A stretch of 63,725 nt of DNA, filler included, from Trichomonas gallinae (taxonomy: Eukaryota), in the NCBI GenBank assembly GCA_008369845.1. It is 10 parts of 10 records of this genome, joined end to end, with 100 filler letters (N's around TTAATTAATTAA, not from the genome) between each part and the next. Parts side by side here need not be neighbours in the genome. Positions count along the whole stretch, not along the records: positions 1 to 15,397 come from MRSU01000079.1; positions 15,498 to 29,832 come from MRSU01000082.1; 8 more parts are not named here. The stretch is one strand, 5' to 3'. Position 1 is the first letter of the stretch; each line of letters opens with the position of its first letter. The notes under the pieces are model-generated. The model was given only the letters and a program-made list of their open reading frames with translations, did not search any database and was not told where the DNA came from. Shown piece by piece: positions 10,319 to 20,416 of the stretch. Made by a program: the position numbers and the translations under genes.

Positions 10319-12682
10319 TTATGGGTTGATAAAGATATCGATATTCTTTGTTGGCTGGCACAAAAGCTTCGCCCTTGCCTTCAAGACAGACGGCTGGAAG
10401 CACTTCATTACGCCAGATGCAACCTCGTTCGCCCAAAGATATCCATCTCTTGTTCCTAACGCGATAAAAACTTTTCCATCGAATTCGAACTCATCAGCTG
10501 GAACAAACATCATTCCGCGGAAGTCTCTCGTGAAAATAGACAATTCTATTGCTCCCGCACGCGGAATTGTGAAAATTCTTGTGCATTTCGAAACATGCCT
10601 GGAAACGAGAGATCCGCCTTGGAACTCCTTTATTTTTTCATTCTGATCTCTGTAAACTATTTTCCCGTTTTCTACACCTAATATAGTAACAAATCCAGAT
10701 TTTGTGGCAAAAAGATCGCCTGGGATTGCGCCAGCGTTTATATTGCGTGCTGCTTCAACGCTGACATCGATTTTATGGTTTCCGACAGTCATAAACGCTT
10801 GGCCGATAACTCTTGCGATTAATGAGACTTCTTCGTTCTTATATAGAACGGACGGTTGATTTGTAAGAACTTTGCTTAGAGGATGAACGAGAACTATGTC
10901 TTTGAAGACATTTACTATGAAAGATATTCCATCTTTCGTTAAAACGACGTCATTTTGTTCAAAGCAGTCATTATGTAAAGTTTCGATGCATTTTGATTGT
11001 AAGAATAACGATTTCTTTTTGGTTTCACAGTCTTCTACGCATAAATAAATTCCAATTGTTCCAATAACTGTGCCAACCGATGAATTTGGTGTCATAACTG
11101 TATAAGAACGAGTCACCTCTATTGGATAAACAATTCCATCGTCACAAAGGACGTTTTCGAACTTTCTACGACTTTCAGTTAATTTCAATGCCGAAAAAAT
11201 GCCTGCAATGCCGAGAGTGCGTGCTCTAACACATCCCTGTATTGAATCAAACGTGAACCAAATTGTTCCACGAGAAAATCCTTCAACTATGCCTTTTCCT
11301 AGTGTTTGGTGAGAAACTACGTCACCAGGAAGTAAACCGAAAGAAAGACAGAGTTCTTCCTTCGTATCTATCAATATATTCATTCCTGATGCTGTAGTTA
11401 CTGATTTTAATGGATCATTTGCGCGTTTTTTGAATTGAATTATTCTCTTCTTGAAAGTTTTGAGTTCTCCGTCAACAATGCAGCATATCTTATCGCCAAC
11501 GACACCTAAAACAGTGCCAGTTGTATCATTATCGATTGTAACTGTATCTCCGATTAAAAATCCGTACATCGAGACAGAACGCGATGAAACGTCTGCAGTA
11601 ATATCTGTAGATAACTTAACGAAGTGCGGGCTTCTCACGCTGCCGACCAAAAGGCCGAAAAATAACAAACCAGGATGAACAGGCGCTGGAATGTTAACGA
11701 AAGCAATACTGTGGAAACAGCCACATCTTATATATGTTACACCAGTCAGATCTGCTTTAACTGGCTCTGGAAAAGAATCTGCTCTTCCGCAGAGAGTTCT
11801 TCCATCGATTGAGATTCCGCATGAATATGCATGCCCATCTTTCGTAAGGAATATCGAATGTGCGTCTCCACAGTCCGCATCTATAATTTTTTCGCCATTT
11901 AATTTTTTTAATTGTTGGAAAGACGAGATAGGCGAGCTCGCGTCTGGAACACCGATTCTTCCATCAGAGGTAGTACCACAGACGAAGACACGACCATCTC
12001 TTGCGATTGCAATTGAAAATGATCCATAAGCAACAACTCTCGCGATTTTAATTCCGATTAACGATGATATTGGTTGAAAAGAGTCCGATGGTGATGAAGA
12101 TCCGCAGCCGCAAGCTGCATCATTGCCTTTTGCATATGCAATTCCAGATACAGTAACAGCTAAACAGAAAGTAGAGCCAACAGCAATATCGCAGACAGGC
12201 TCAGGCAGGTGGGAAACAGCGCCTTTGCCAGTCTGCGAAGTGCAGGAGAAGATATCTCCATTGCAGTCCAGTGCATACACGGCTCCACTCAAACACGTAC
12301 AGAAGACGAACGGCTGGGAAGATTGCAGTCTAACTGGCTTCTCGCCGTACATCGATCCAATTGCGTAAGCTTCGCCCGCGTCAGTAAGGATGATAGTGAT
12401 TTTATCGCCGCAATGAACCCATGTAACATGAAAGTCTTTAAAAGACGACATAAACATCGGCTCTGGGACTTCTTGGGGTAGATTTCCTAATTGCTTCTCG
12501 TCGTTGTAGCCCCAGCCGTACGCACAGCCATTTTCGTAAACTACAACGTTATGGCGCCAGCCAACACCGCAGGAAACTATATGGTTGCAGTCTATATTGA
12601 CCAGGGCTGGCTGCATGCCATCGCCTTCCCTGCCAAGTCTGTTTTGCCCAGGAGCACCTGCACTGACAATTCCCTGAAGCAT
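10319..12682 (-). CDS. RCC1-repeat protein with repeated C-terminal beta-rich modules
   Basis: RCC1 repeats (GCAYGWGYNDEKQLG; ADCGDAHSIFLTKDGHAYSCG; CGCFHSIAF) in the N-terminal ~330 aa; AAAGTGAC on the minus strand at 12708-12715. Confidence 0.85.
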   Translation of the reverse strand: MLQGIVSAGAPGQNRLGREGDGMQPALVNIDCNHIVSCGVGWRHNVVVYENGCAYGWGYNDEKQLGNLPQEVPEPMFMSSFKDFHVTWVHCGDKITIILTDAGEAYAIGSMYGEKPVRLQSSQPFVFCTCLSGAVYALDCNGDIFSCTSQTGKGAVSHLPEPVCDIAVGSTFCLAVTVSGIAYAKGNDAACGCGSSSPSDSFQPISSLIGIKIARVVAYGSFSIAIARDGRVFVCGTTSDGRIGVPDASSPISSFQQLKKLNGEKIIDADCGDAHSIFLTKDGHAYSCGISIDGRTLCGRADSFPEPVKADLTGVTYIRCGCFHSIAFVNIPAPVHPGLLFFGLLVGSVRSPHFVKLSTDITADVSSRSVSMYGFLIGDTVTIDNDTTGTVLGVVGDKICCIVDGELKTFKKRIIQFKKRANDPLKSVTTASGMNILIDTKEELCLSFGLLPGDVVSHQTLGKGIVEGFSRGTIWFTFDSIQGCVRARTLGIAGIFSALKLTESRRKFENVLCDDGIVYPIEVTRSYTVMTPNSSVGTVIGTIGIYLCVEDCETKKKSLFLQSKCIETLHNDCFEQNDVVLTKDGISFIVNVFKDIVLVHPLSKVLTNQPSVLYKNEEVSLIARVIGQAFMTVGNHKIDVSVEAARNINAGAIPGDLFATKSGFVTILGVENGKIVYRDQNEKIKEFQGGSLVSRHVSKCTRIFTIPRAGAIELSIFTRDFRGMMFVPADEFEFDGKVFIALGTRDGYLWANEVASGVMKCFQPSVLKARAKLLCQPTKNIDIFINP

Positions 12683-12834
12683 CTATAATTTTTTTTTATA
12701 AAGATCCGTCACTTTTTTGTAATTTTCTAGACTTGACATGTAAACGTGTCAGATAATCATTTCTGACATGTAAATTACTTATCATATTATTATTGACACA
12801 ACTCGAATTATACTGAGAATAATTAATTTTATAG

Positions 12835-12937
12835 ACTGGTTGCACCGAAGGTGGCCCCTATATTTTTAATGTTAATTTAAACGGGTAGGTGTCAGCTGAA
12901 GACAAGCTTCTCATCCAGTTGGAGTAATTAATACTTT
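12835..12937 (+). repeat. Copy A of dispersed ~100-nt intergenic element (candidate structured RNA or repeat)
   Basis: 12848-12937 aligns without gaps to 56361-56450 at 66/90 identities by manual count. Confidence 0.75.
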
Positions 12938-13558
12938 TTTTCTTCTCAAAAGTGGACACATTAGGTCAACCAGTTTATATATAACAAGATTATCCTAGAA
13001 AATTGGCTAAATTATTCATAATTGTATTAGCTTAACTTTGGTATACATTCTAAAAGAGAATCATATAATATCAGATTCTCGAAAAAGAATTTTTAAACAA
13101 TCTAATCTCTCTAAATAACAGTTATATCTTTATTTGAATGCAATTTTATATATTTACGTTCATAATATTATTTTCAAATTAGAAATTTAGCAATTTGTAA
13201 TAAATCCAGCCAATGTAATGAATAATGACTGTATAATTGTATATAATAAGGTTATGTGATATATAGACAATTGATTTCGATGCACTCTTATGTTAAATAG
13301 AAAAGTTATGAAATCATAAGGTTATCAAACTAACAGATTTAAATTTTTTGACGTGTAAATAACAAAATTATCGAAATCAATCCAAAATTATTGTTTTTGA
13401 AATGTAAATTCATCTATCTTCAAACTTTCTAATTCTTTTTCTTTTGATTTATTTTTAGTTCTAATGAATTCAAAAATTTCTTCTATCGTTAAAAATCTTT
13501 GTCAGAGAGAAATAGTCACTTTTCAAGTTCACCGGATCCATTTCATAAAAATAGAAAA

Positions 13559-14899
13559 ATGAGCACACCGCCTCTTTATCCAGACGTTTCTTATCCAGAT
13601 ATTGATATGAACTTAACTCCATCAAGTCCAACACCTGCACCTGGTTCTAATAACGGACAACCACCGCAAATGTATCCACCATCTGGTAATCCTTATGGAA
13701 ATCCACCAGCAAGTGATCCATACGCTAATGTTTCACCTGTTGATCCAATTCCAAAGCCAAATCAGGAACCAGCTGGTCATAAGCCACAACAAGCTCCGGG
13801 CCCACAGAATTACGGTGCTCCAGCTCCAGGACAGCCACAAGGGTACCCAGATACTCCACAGCCACAGGGTTACAACGCTCCACCGCCAAACAATTCACCA
13901 TATCCAAATCCACAAGATAGCTACGGAGCTCCGCACGGATATCATGATGCTCCACCTCCACAACAGCCACCGAAGCAGGAGGAGCCACAGATTCGCGAGG
14001 GCCATCTTAGTGGCGTTAATCTCACTATTGCTGCACAAACAGCTGCAGGCAAGCAAATTCCTCTCAAGATCAAGTTCAACGGCAACTATGGCCTCAACAG
14101 CAAGAGTGGAGAAGCTGAATTCCAAGATATGGAGTTCGAAACAGAAATCGATGGAAAGCATTATAAATTCAGCATCCCAATTGCTATCGGCAAGTTCAAA
14201 GTCACCGGTGACAAGCCAAAGGATGCCCCAGCACCAGCTCCAGCACCAAAGGAGCCAGTTCCACAGAACCCATATGGTGCACCAAATCAGCCACCACAGA
14301 ACCCATATGGACAGCCACCAAATCAGCCACATCCATCTCAGGGCTCTCACGGCGGCTATCCACAGGTGAACCCATCATCACCGCAGGGCTCACAGGGTGG
14401 ATATCCACAGCCACCAGCTGGCGGCTCTCAATACGGCCAGCAACCATACGGACAGCCACCGAACCAGCCACAGCATCCATATGGACAGCCACCAAATCAG
14501 CCACATCCAAAGCCAGAAGACAAGAAGCCACCACAGCCATCAACCAATCCATATGGACAGCAACAATCAGCAAATCCATATGGACAGCAGCCATCAGCAA
14601 ATCCATACGGACAGCAGCCATACGGTCAGCCACAACAGCCACAGTATCCAGGTGCATCAAATCCATACGGTCAGCCACAATATCCAGGTGCATCAAATCC
14701 ATATGGACAACCACAGCAGCCAGGTTATCCAGGCCAGCAGCCTCCATACGGACAGCCACAGGCACCTCCTTATGGTGGATATCCAGGTCAGCAACCTCCA
14801 TACGGTCAACCACCTTACGGCGGATATCCAGGACAGCAGCCACCTTACGGCCAGCCTCCATATGGTGGATATCCAGGCCAGCCATACGGCAGAAGATAA
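13559..14899 (+). CDS. Pro/Gln/Gly/Tyr-rich (XYPPX/PYGQ-repeat) protein
   Basis: ATG at 13559 (ORF track starts at TTG 13499); Inr-like TCATA at 13543; NPYGQ and [10 protein letters not shown] repeats flank a ~70-aa non-repetitive segment. Confidence 0.85.
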   Translation: MSTPPLYPDVSYPDIDMNLTPSSPTPAPGSNNGQPPQMYPPSGNPYGNPPASDPYANVSPVDPIPKPNQEPAGHKPQQAPGPQNYGAPAPGQPQGYPDTPQPQGYNAPPPNNSPYPNPQDSYGAPHGYHDAPPPQQPPKQEEPQIREGHLSGVNLTIAAQTAAGKQIPLKIKFNGNYGLNSKSGEAEFQDMEFETEIDGKHYKFSIPIAIGKFKVTGDKPKDAPAPAPAPKEPVPQNPYGAPNQPPQNPYGQPPNQPHPSQGSHGGYPQVNPSSPQGSQGGYPQPPAGGSQYGQQPYGQPPNQPQHPYGQPPNQPHPKPEDKKPPQPSTNPYGQQQSANPYGQQPSANPYGQQPYGQPQQPQYPGASNPYGQPQYPGASNPYGQPQQPGYPGQQPPYGQPQAPPYGGYPGQQPPYGQPPYGGYPGQQPPYGQPPYGGYPGQPYGRR

Positions 14900-15397
14900 G
14901 AGCAAAACATCCGGACTTTTCTTTTTTTTTTATAACTAAACATTTATGGAAACTTTATAAATCATCAGCTGATGCTTATCGCAATGTATTTTTAATTGAA
15001 ATTCGAATTGAGAATAATCGGATGCATGATAATATATAAGGTTAACTTTCATAATATTTTGACGTTGTAAATCGATTACGTGTCAATATTCTTATAAAAT
15101 TTGTAAAGCATTTTTTATATATATGTTCATAAAAATTATTTGCATTGATTGAGCATTTCCCAATTTACAACAAAGATAGTGTCATGAATGGAAGATAAAC
15201 TCTATGACAATGGCACATGTATTATCTCAGGAAGCGGTAATTACCGCGAATTTTTCCAAAACGAGACATTAAGGGTCCGCTCCGCGACCAAATAGTGGTC
15301 TCAATTTTTCAATGCGATATTGAAAATTATCGTTTTGCCCAGAAAAATAAACTCACTTTTTGAAGAGATCTAATGCACTAACAATATGCACCACTTT

Positions 15398-15497
15398 NNN
15401 NNNNNNNNNNNNNNNNNNNNNNNNNNNNNNNNNNNNNNNNNTTAATTAATTAANNNNNNNNNNNNNNNNNNNNNNNNNNNNNNNNNNNNNNNNNNNN
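15398..15497. other. Artificial contig linker (first of nine; others at 29833, 44044, 52516, 54743, 57639, 59104, 60941, 62582)
   Basis: Each is 100 nt: 44 N + TTAATTAATTAA (stops in all six frames) + 44 N. Confidence 0.97.
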
Positions 15498-16100
15498 AAT
15501 GCTTCAGATCAAACATAGAAACAGGCGAATTCAGACGCATCAAACGCCCAGAATGGATGCATGAGAACTAAAATAAATATAAATATAATTGCGATTATAT
15601 TTATAACTAAAATATGCAATAGTATAAAACTATTTTTTATAATAAAGTTGGGATGGATATAATATAAATATAGAACACACTAGGTCAAAATTTGAATGGT
15701 GAAAAAATGGGTCATAATTATAACCTTATTGATATAAGTGTTTACGATAAGTCTGAGACTTTTGTTATTCTCCAAGGTGTATTTTAATAATACAGATCCT
15801 ATTGTTTACAATGAATCATTTTCCGAGTATTTCGTTGAAAGTTACGCCTTCGAAAATCAAAAAAAAAAAACGGATTCAATAATCATTTTGTTTGAAAAAG
15901 AAATTTATAAAAATAGAAGAAATTAAGATCTAATGAAGTGTTATATTATAGTGATAAACTGTAACATATGGACCATATTGGACGCGGAATTACATGATAT
16001 TTCGAAGAATTTCATTAATTTCAAGATTTATGTATGGTCATTTCTATATATGCAATATTTAAGCTCTATGTATTAATATTTTAATAACAAATGTTTCAAA

Positions 16101-16673
16101 TTAGATACAAATTATAACTGGAATAAATATGTACTGATATACAGACTGATATGCATATGATGGGGTTGCAATATAGAAAAAGTCCAGCTTTCTGAGGCCA
16201 ATATCCAAAAATGTTGGATGAGAAGATGAATAAGGTGTTGCATCTTGCATTATCATATAATATCGATAAGTAACTCGTTGAAACTTTTGAATGAATTCTA
16301 TTTTGCCTGTTGAAAAACCAGTATCTTCAACATGAATAATATCTTGATATGTTCTATCATCATTACTTCCTTGAAGCTTGAATTTAAGTAATTCTGCGCA
16401 TACTTTTGATGTATAAGATCTTATATAAATCCCATTAATTGATATCCAATGTTTCATATCAAATTTAATGAAAGTATTTGTGAGCTCACTGCTATGCCAA
16501 GCGCAATTATCATCATTTTGAATTAAACAATATGGAGAGCGAGCATGAACTTGGATACCATCACAAGTAAATTCTTTTTGATAATTTAAACTTGTAGTGA
16601 TATTATAGCGGCTTTCAATCTTAGCATTACTTAAGTATTTTTGTACACTTTCAAAATACTTCTTTGAATCCAT
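16101..16673 (-). CDS. F5/8 type C / galactose-binding-like domain protein
   Basis: AWHS...FIKFD...FKLQGSNDDRTY...YRYYMIMQ; hydrophobic C-terminus. Confidence 0.65.
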   Translation of the reverse strand: MDSKKYFESVQKYLSNAKIESRYNITTSLNYQKEFTCDGIQVHARSPYCLIQNDDNCAWHSSELTNTFIKFDMKHWISINGIYIRSYTSKVCAELLKFKLQGSNDDRTYQDIIHVEDTGFSTGKIEFIQKFQRVTYRYYMIMQDATPYSSSHPTFLDIGLRKLDFFYIATPSYAYQSVYQYIFIPVIICI

Positions 16674-17390
16674 GCATCTCTAAACAAATTGATGGCAAAT
16701 CATCATTTTTTCATTTTTAATAATGAATAAGGTTAAATCACAACACATCATGAATTGCTTCAACACATTAACATCAGATAGATATATTGTTTTGCCACAT
16801 AAATAATCATTGAATTGGTCAATTAAATTAGATTATTATTCAATTAACATGTATATGTTGCATTATTGGGTTTGTTCTCATGAATATCATACTCAATACT
16901 TGTGAGTAAGTTGATAATGCATTAAACCAAACTTGGGTATTATAATATAAAAGGAGAATATAAAAATTTAGATAGATGATGCATAGATATTGATTAGATC
17001 ATTTGAACTAGTTTGTTAATCCAAGTTGTAATTAGGAAAAAATGAGAAAAATGATCAACTTCAAAATAATATTTGATTAAAGCGCAGATGTCAAAATTCT
17101 ATGCATAAATTCTGACAACTTATTAGATTATAGCTTTTGTTGATCTAAATACATATAACATATTTTTCGAGAAGATATCTTATCAATTTTGGAATCTTGT
17201 ATTAAAAACATAGCATTACAGCGTCATGTTTATAAATAATATCATACATAAAATGGCTGAAATCTAATATTAAAATTATTTCCAAAAAAAATCTCTTTCG
17301 TTCAACGTCCAAAATCTTGATATTTTAGCTATACAGAAAGATAGATGCTGGAAACGCGAAAAGCGAAAAAAGCTTGACGACGATAGAATT

Positions 17391-17410
17391 GGCGGTTTTG
17401 GTCCGCCTTT
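17391..17410 (+). promoter_or_regulatory. M3-like (GGCGGTTT) plus M5-like (CCTTT) core promoter of RPL37
   Basis: GGCGGTTT at 17391-17398 and CCTTT at 17406-17410, ending 8 nt before the ATG; matches motifs described for Trichomonas vaginalis core promoters. Confidence 0.65.
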
Positions 17411-17418
17411 TTGATCTA

Positions 17419-17664
17419 ATGGGTGCCGGTACTCCATCATTTGGTCCAAGACATAACAAGACACACACAATCTGCCGCCGCTGTGGCAACCGCTGCTACC
17501 ATATCCAGAAGGGTAAGTGCGCCAAGTGCGGCTACCCAGATGCCACAATGCGCCATTATGACTGGGCTAAGAAGGCTCACCGCAAGCGCGCTCAGGGTTC
17601 TGGTGAAATGCGCCACCTTAAGGTTACATTTGCTAAGCTCCAGCGTGCTTATGCTCCAAAATAA
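17419..17664 (+). CDS. RPL37: 60S ribosomal protein L37 (eL37)
   Basis: MGAGTPSFGPRHNKTHTICRRCG...HIQKGKCAKCGYP zinc ribbon; true start ATG at 17419. Confidence 0.96.
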   Translation: MGAGTPSFGPRHNKTHTICRRCGNRCYHIQKGKCAKCGYPDATMRHYDWAKKAHRKRAQGSGEMRHLKVTFAKLQRAYAPK

Positions 17665-17911
17665 ATGGTTTTGATTAAATTATTTTGAAAAAGAAAGTAA
17701 ATACTATATTACATAAGCTTAGCAAATCAAGGCTATTTCAAATTATTATATTATAACTTTTTAAATCGCTTAACCAAAATATCTTGAAAAAATATAATGA
17801 AAAAGCATAATAAAAAATGAACATAATTTAAGGAGCTACTGAATGGGGTAATAAGATTTTTTTAATTTAATAAAAGTAATTAAATTCGTGAACTAGAAAG
17901 AATAAAAATGC

Positions 17912-18799
17912 TTATTTCTTCTCTTCTGGCTTAGCTTCAGCTGGCTTCTCCTCTTCCTTCTTGCCATCCTTGCCCTTCTTTGACTCGGATTCCTCATCCT
18001 TGTCAAACTTCATCTTCTTCTGCTCAGCTAAGACCTCGTCTTCGAGCTTACGGATAGCTGGCATGTCCATTGGGTACCACTCGGCAGCCCACTTGAACAT
18101 GGCACGGTGGGAATCAAGGAAGACATCGTGGAACTTGCCCATGGCAAAGCTCTCGACGGCTGTCTGGATGCCGAACCACTTGAATTTCAGCTTGACAACC
18201 TTGACAGCGATGATCATGTCACCCTCGTATGTGAGTGTCCACTCTGGTGGCTTTGTCTCATCGCATGTGTTCTTTGGTGTCTGAAGCTTGGAAATCTTGG
18301 CAGCTGGGCATTCGAAGTCGTGCATATCCCATTCAGCCTTTTCTGGCTTTGGCTTGGAGTTGACGATATCAAGCCAAACGATCTGGCGCATCTTGAGCTC
18401 TTCTGGTGTCAAGTTGAGAGCATTATCTGGGCAGCCTTTCTCGCGATCGTAAACGAGGTGCTGGGACTCGACAAGGAGGTAGAAGTCCTTGCCCATACCC
18501 TTCTGTTCGTAAAGTGTGTGGAAATGTGGATAAGAGTTGTGTGACTTTTCATCGAGGTGGAGATACTTATCTGGGATAGCCCAGCGGATAGCAGCTGGAA
18601 CCTTGGACTTGAAGTGCATAACCTTGTGTGTGTATTGACCTTTTTCCTCGCCCTCCTGGTATGGCTCATTCTTAAGGATTTCAATGCCTTCGCCACCACC
18701 AGCTGTTTCGCGAGTACGCTGGGCGCACATGTAGAGGTTACCGATTTGGTATTGTGGAACGTTTGTTGGAAGAACGACGCGGTACTCGAAGATCTTCAT
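17912..18799 (-). CDS. Phosphatidylinositol transfer protein (PITP)
   Basis: EYRVVLP, GGGEGIEILKNEPY, KGQYTHKV, EKSHNSYPH, FKWFGIQTAVE, HRAMFKW...WY. Confidence 0.93.
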   Translation of the reverse strand: MKIFEYRVVLPTNVPQYQIGNLYMCAQRTRETAGGGEGIEILKNEPYQEGEEKGQYTHKVMHFKSKVPAAIRWAIPDKYLHLDEKSHNSYPHFHTLYEQKGMGKDFYLLVESQHLVYDREKGCPDNALNLTPEELKMRQIVWLDIVNSKPKPEKAEWDMHDFECPAAKISKLQTPKNTCDETKPPEWTLTYEGDMIIAVKVVKLKFKWFGIQTAVESFAMGKFHDVFLDSHRAMFKWAAEWYPMDMPAIRKLEDEVLAEQKKMKFDKDEESESKKGKDGKKEEEKPAEAKPEEKK

Positions 18800-20416
18800 C
18801 TTATTTTATGATCGGTCGAACAAATTTTTTTCTATTGAATTGCCGATCGCAATAAATACTACATAATACAGCAAAATATTTTAAATAAATAAATTATTGG
18901 TCGATTAAACATATTTTTATAATATTTAGGGTTGTGACACCCACATAAAAAATTTACATGAGCGGTTTTTTTATTTTGCTATATTTTGATCTATACTATT
19001 TATATAATCAATCAGTCAAAATTCGCCATCTACTCAAAATTAAAAATATATCTAATAATCTATTCTAATACATATTTATTGATTAAAAATATAAATGAGG
19101 GGCTTGTAAATATATGAAAATTTTGGACCATTGCATTGAAAAAATTATTTATGATAGGTTTTTATTTCGTTGAGTTTTTAACGAAGATTGATCGATAAAC
19201 GGGAATATGTATTGCCTGTTGTTGAGTTTAAATCATCTTGCCTCAGAAAAAAAATCACAATCATATGAGTTTGTTGTTTGATTTGCATGATTGGTTCGGC
19301 TATTCATGTATTCTCACTATGTAGACTATATCCTTTCTGTTTTCACTCACAAATGTAAGGAAAATAGGCTATTTTGACTGGAAATAGATAAAGGATTGTT
19401 TCTTCAAAATAAAACGAATATTGGTTATTCGTAGGTTATACATAGTATCGCTGTACTACCAGACTTACTTTTCTAGTTGCGATAACATTGGCATTATTAT
19501 ATTTTTTCGATTTGCTAAAAAACGGCATTGTAATTATGCAATAGTCTTCTTAGGGTAATCAATAAGAAATGGAAAAAGAAGCGATTAGCCAGCAAAAATA
19601 TTTTATTCGTAAAACAACAAAATAAGCCTTTAAAAACATAGCAATAGATTGCTATCATGTGCTTTTGTATGAACAGTAATATTTATCAGTCTCTATTGTT
19701 TCCATCAATAGAAAAAACTAAAAAAAAAATGCTTTTATACAATTTTGGAATTAAATAATCGATTGTAGTATCGTGAGTAACTGTTTTGAATCAATGTTGT
19801 CTGCTTATTTTGAATCGAAAAAATATTTTTAACTTTCTTCTTCGTTTTGAGTGTTGAAAACTTTATGCCTTGAGTATATTATGTTAATTTGCGTGTTGGG
19901 AAATCTTTGATAATTCAGTCAAGATTTATTGGATGAATATCAAACTTGAGTCAAAATGACGTATCCTCTCTGATAATATACTAACCTTCTTCAATATATA
20001 CATTTCACATTATGCAACTTGAAAATATCACTAAAATTAATTTTGAAATAATAAAATATTTCCCCAAAAAGCACCAAAATTTGGAAATTGATATTTCTAA
20101 CTTTTATTCCCCTATCCCCTTATTTAAAAGGATAGAATAATAAATTTTTATTATACAAACAAAAATATTTATAAAAAAATATATTTTTTTCCTAATTATT
20201 TCTGCTAAAAATAATTTAAAATATATTAAATTTCTTGTGGATATTAATGCATTATAGATCTAAATCACAAATTTCAGGTTTTTGTAGTTTAATGACGAGT
20301 TTTGAAATTTTCGATTTTTCATTCTCGAAGATAAGACAATAGTTTACCGACAAAAAGTGAATTATTAGTGATAATGATTTTAAATATCAAATAAAAAGAG
20401 AAAAGAGTTTTTTTTA

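Noticed and set aside
12897..12903. CTGAAGA as a hammerhead ribozyme core
   Set aside because: No stem II followed by GAAA, and copy B reads CTGATGG
13695..14939. Long overlapping ORFs over the Pro-rich gene (likewise over PITP, ASCT, RCC1 and the coiled-coil gene)
   Set aside because: Shadow ORFs produced by repeats and codon bias; no independent protein features
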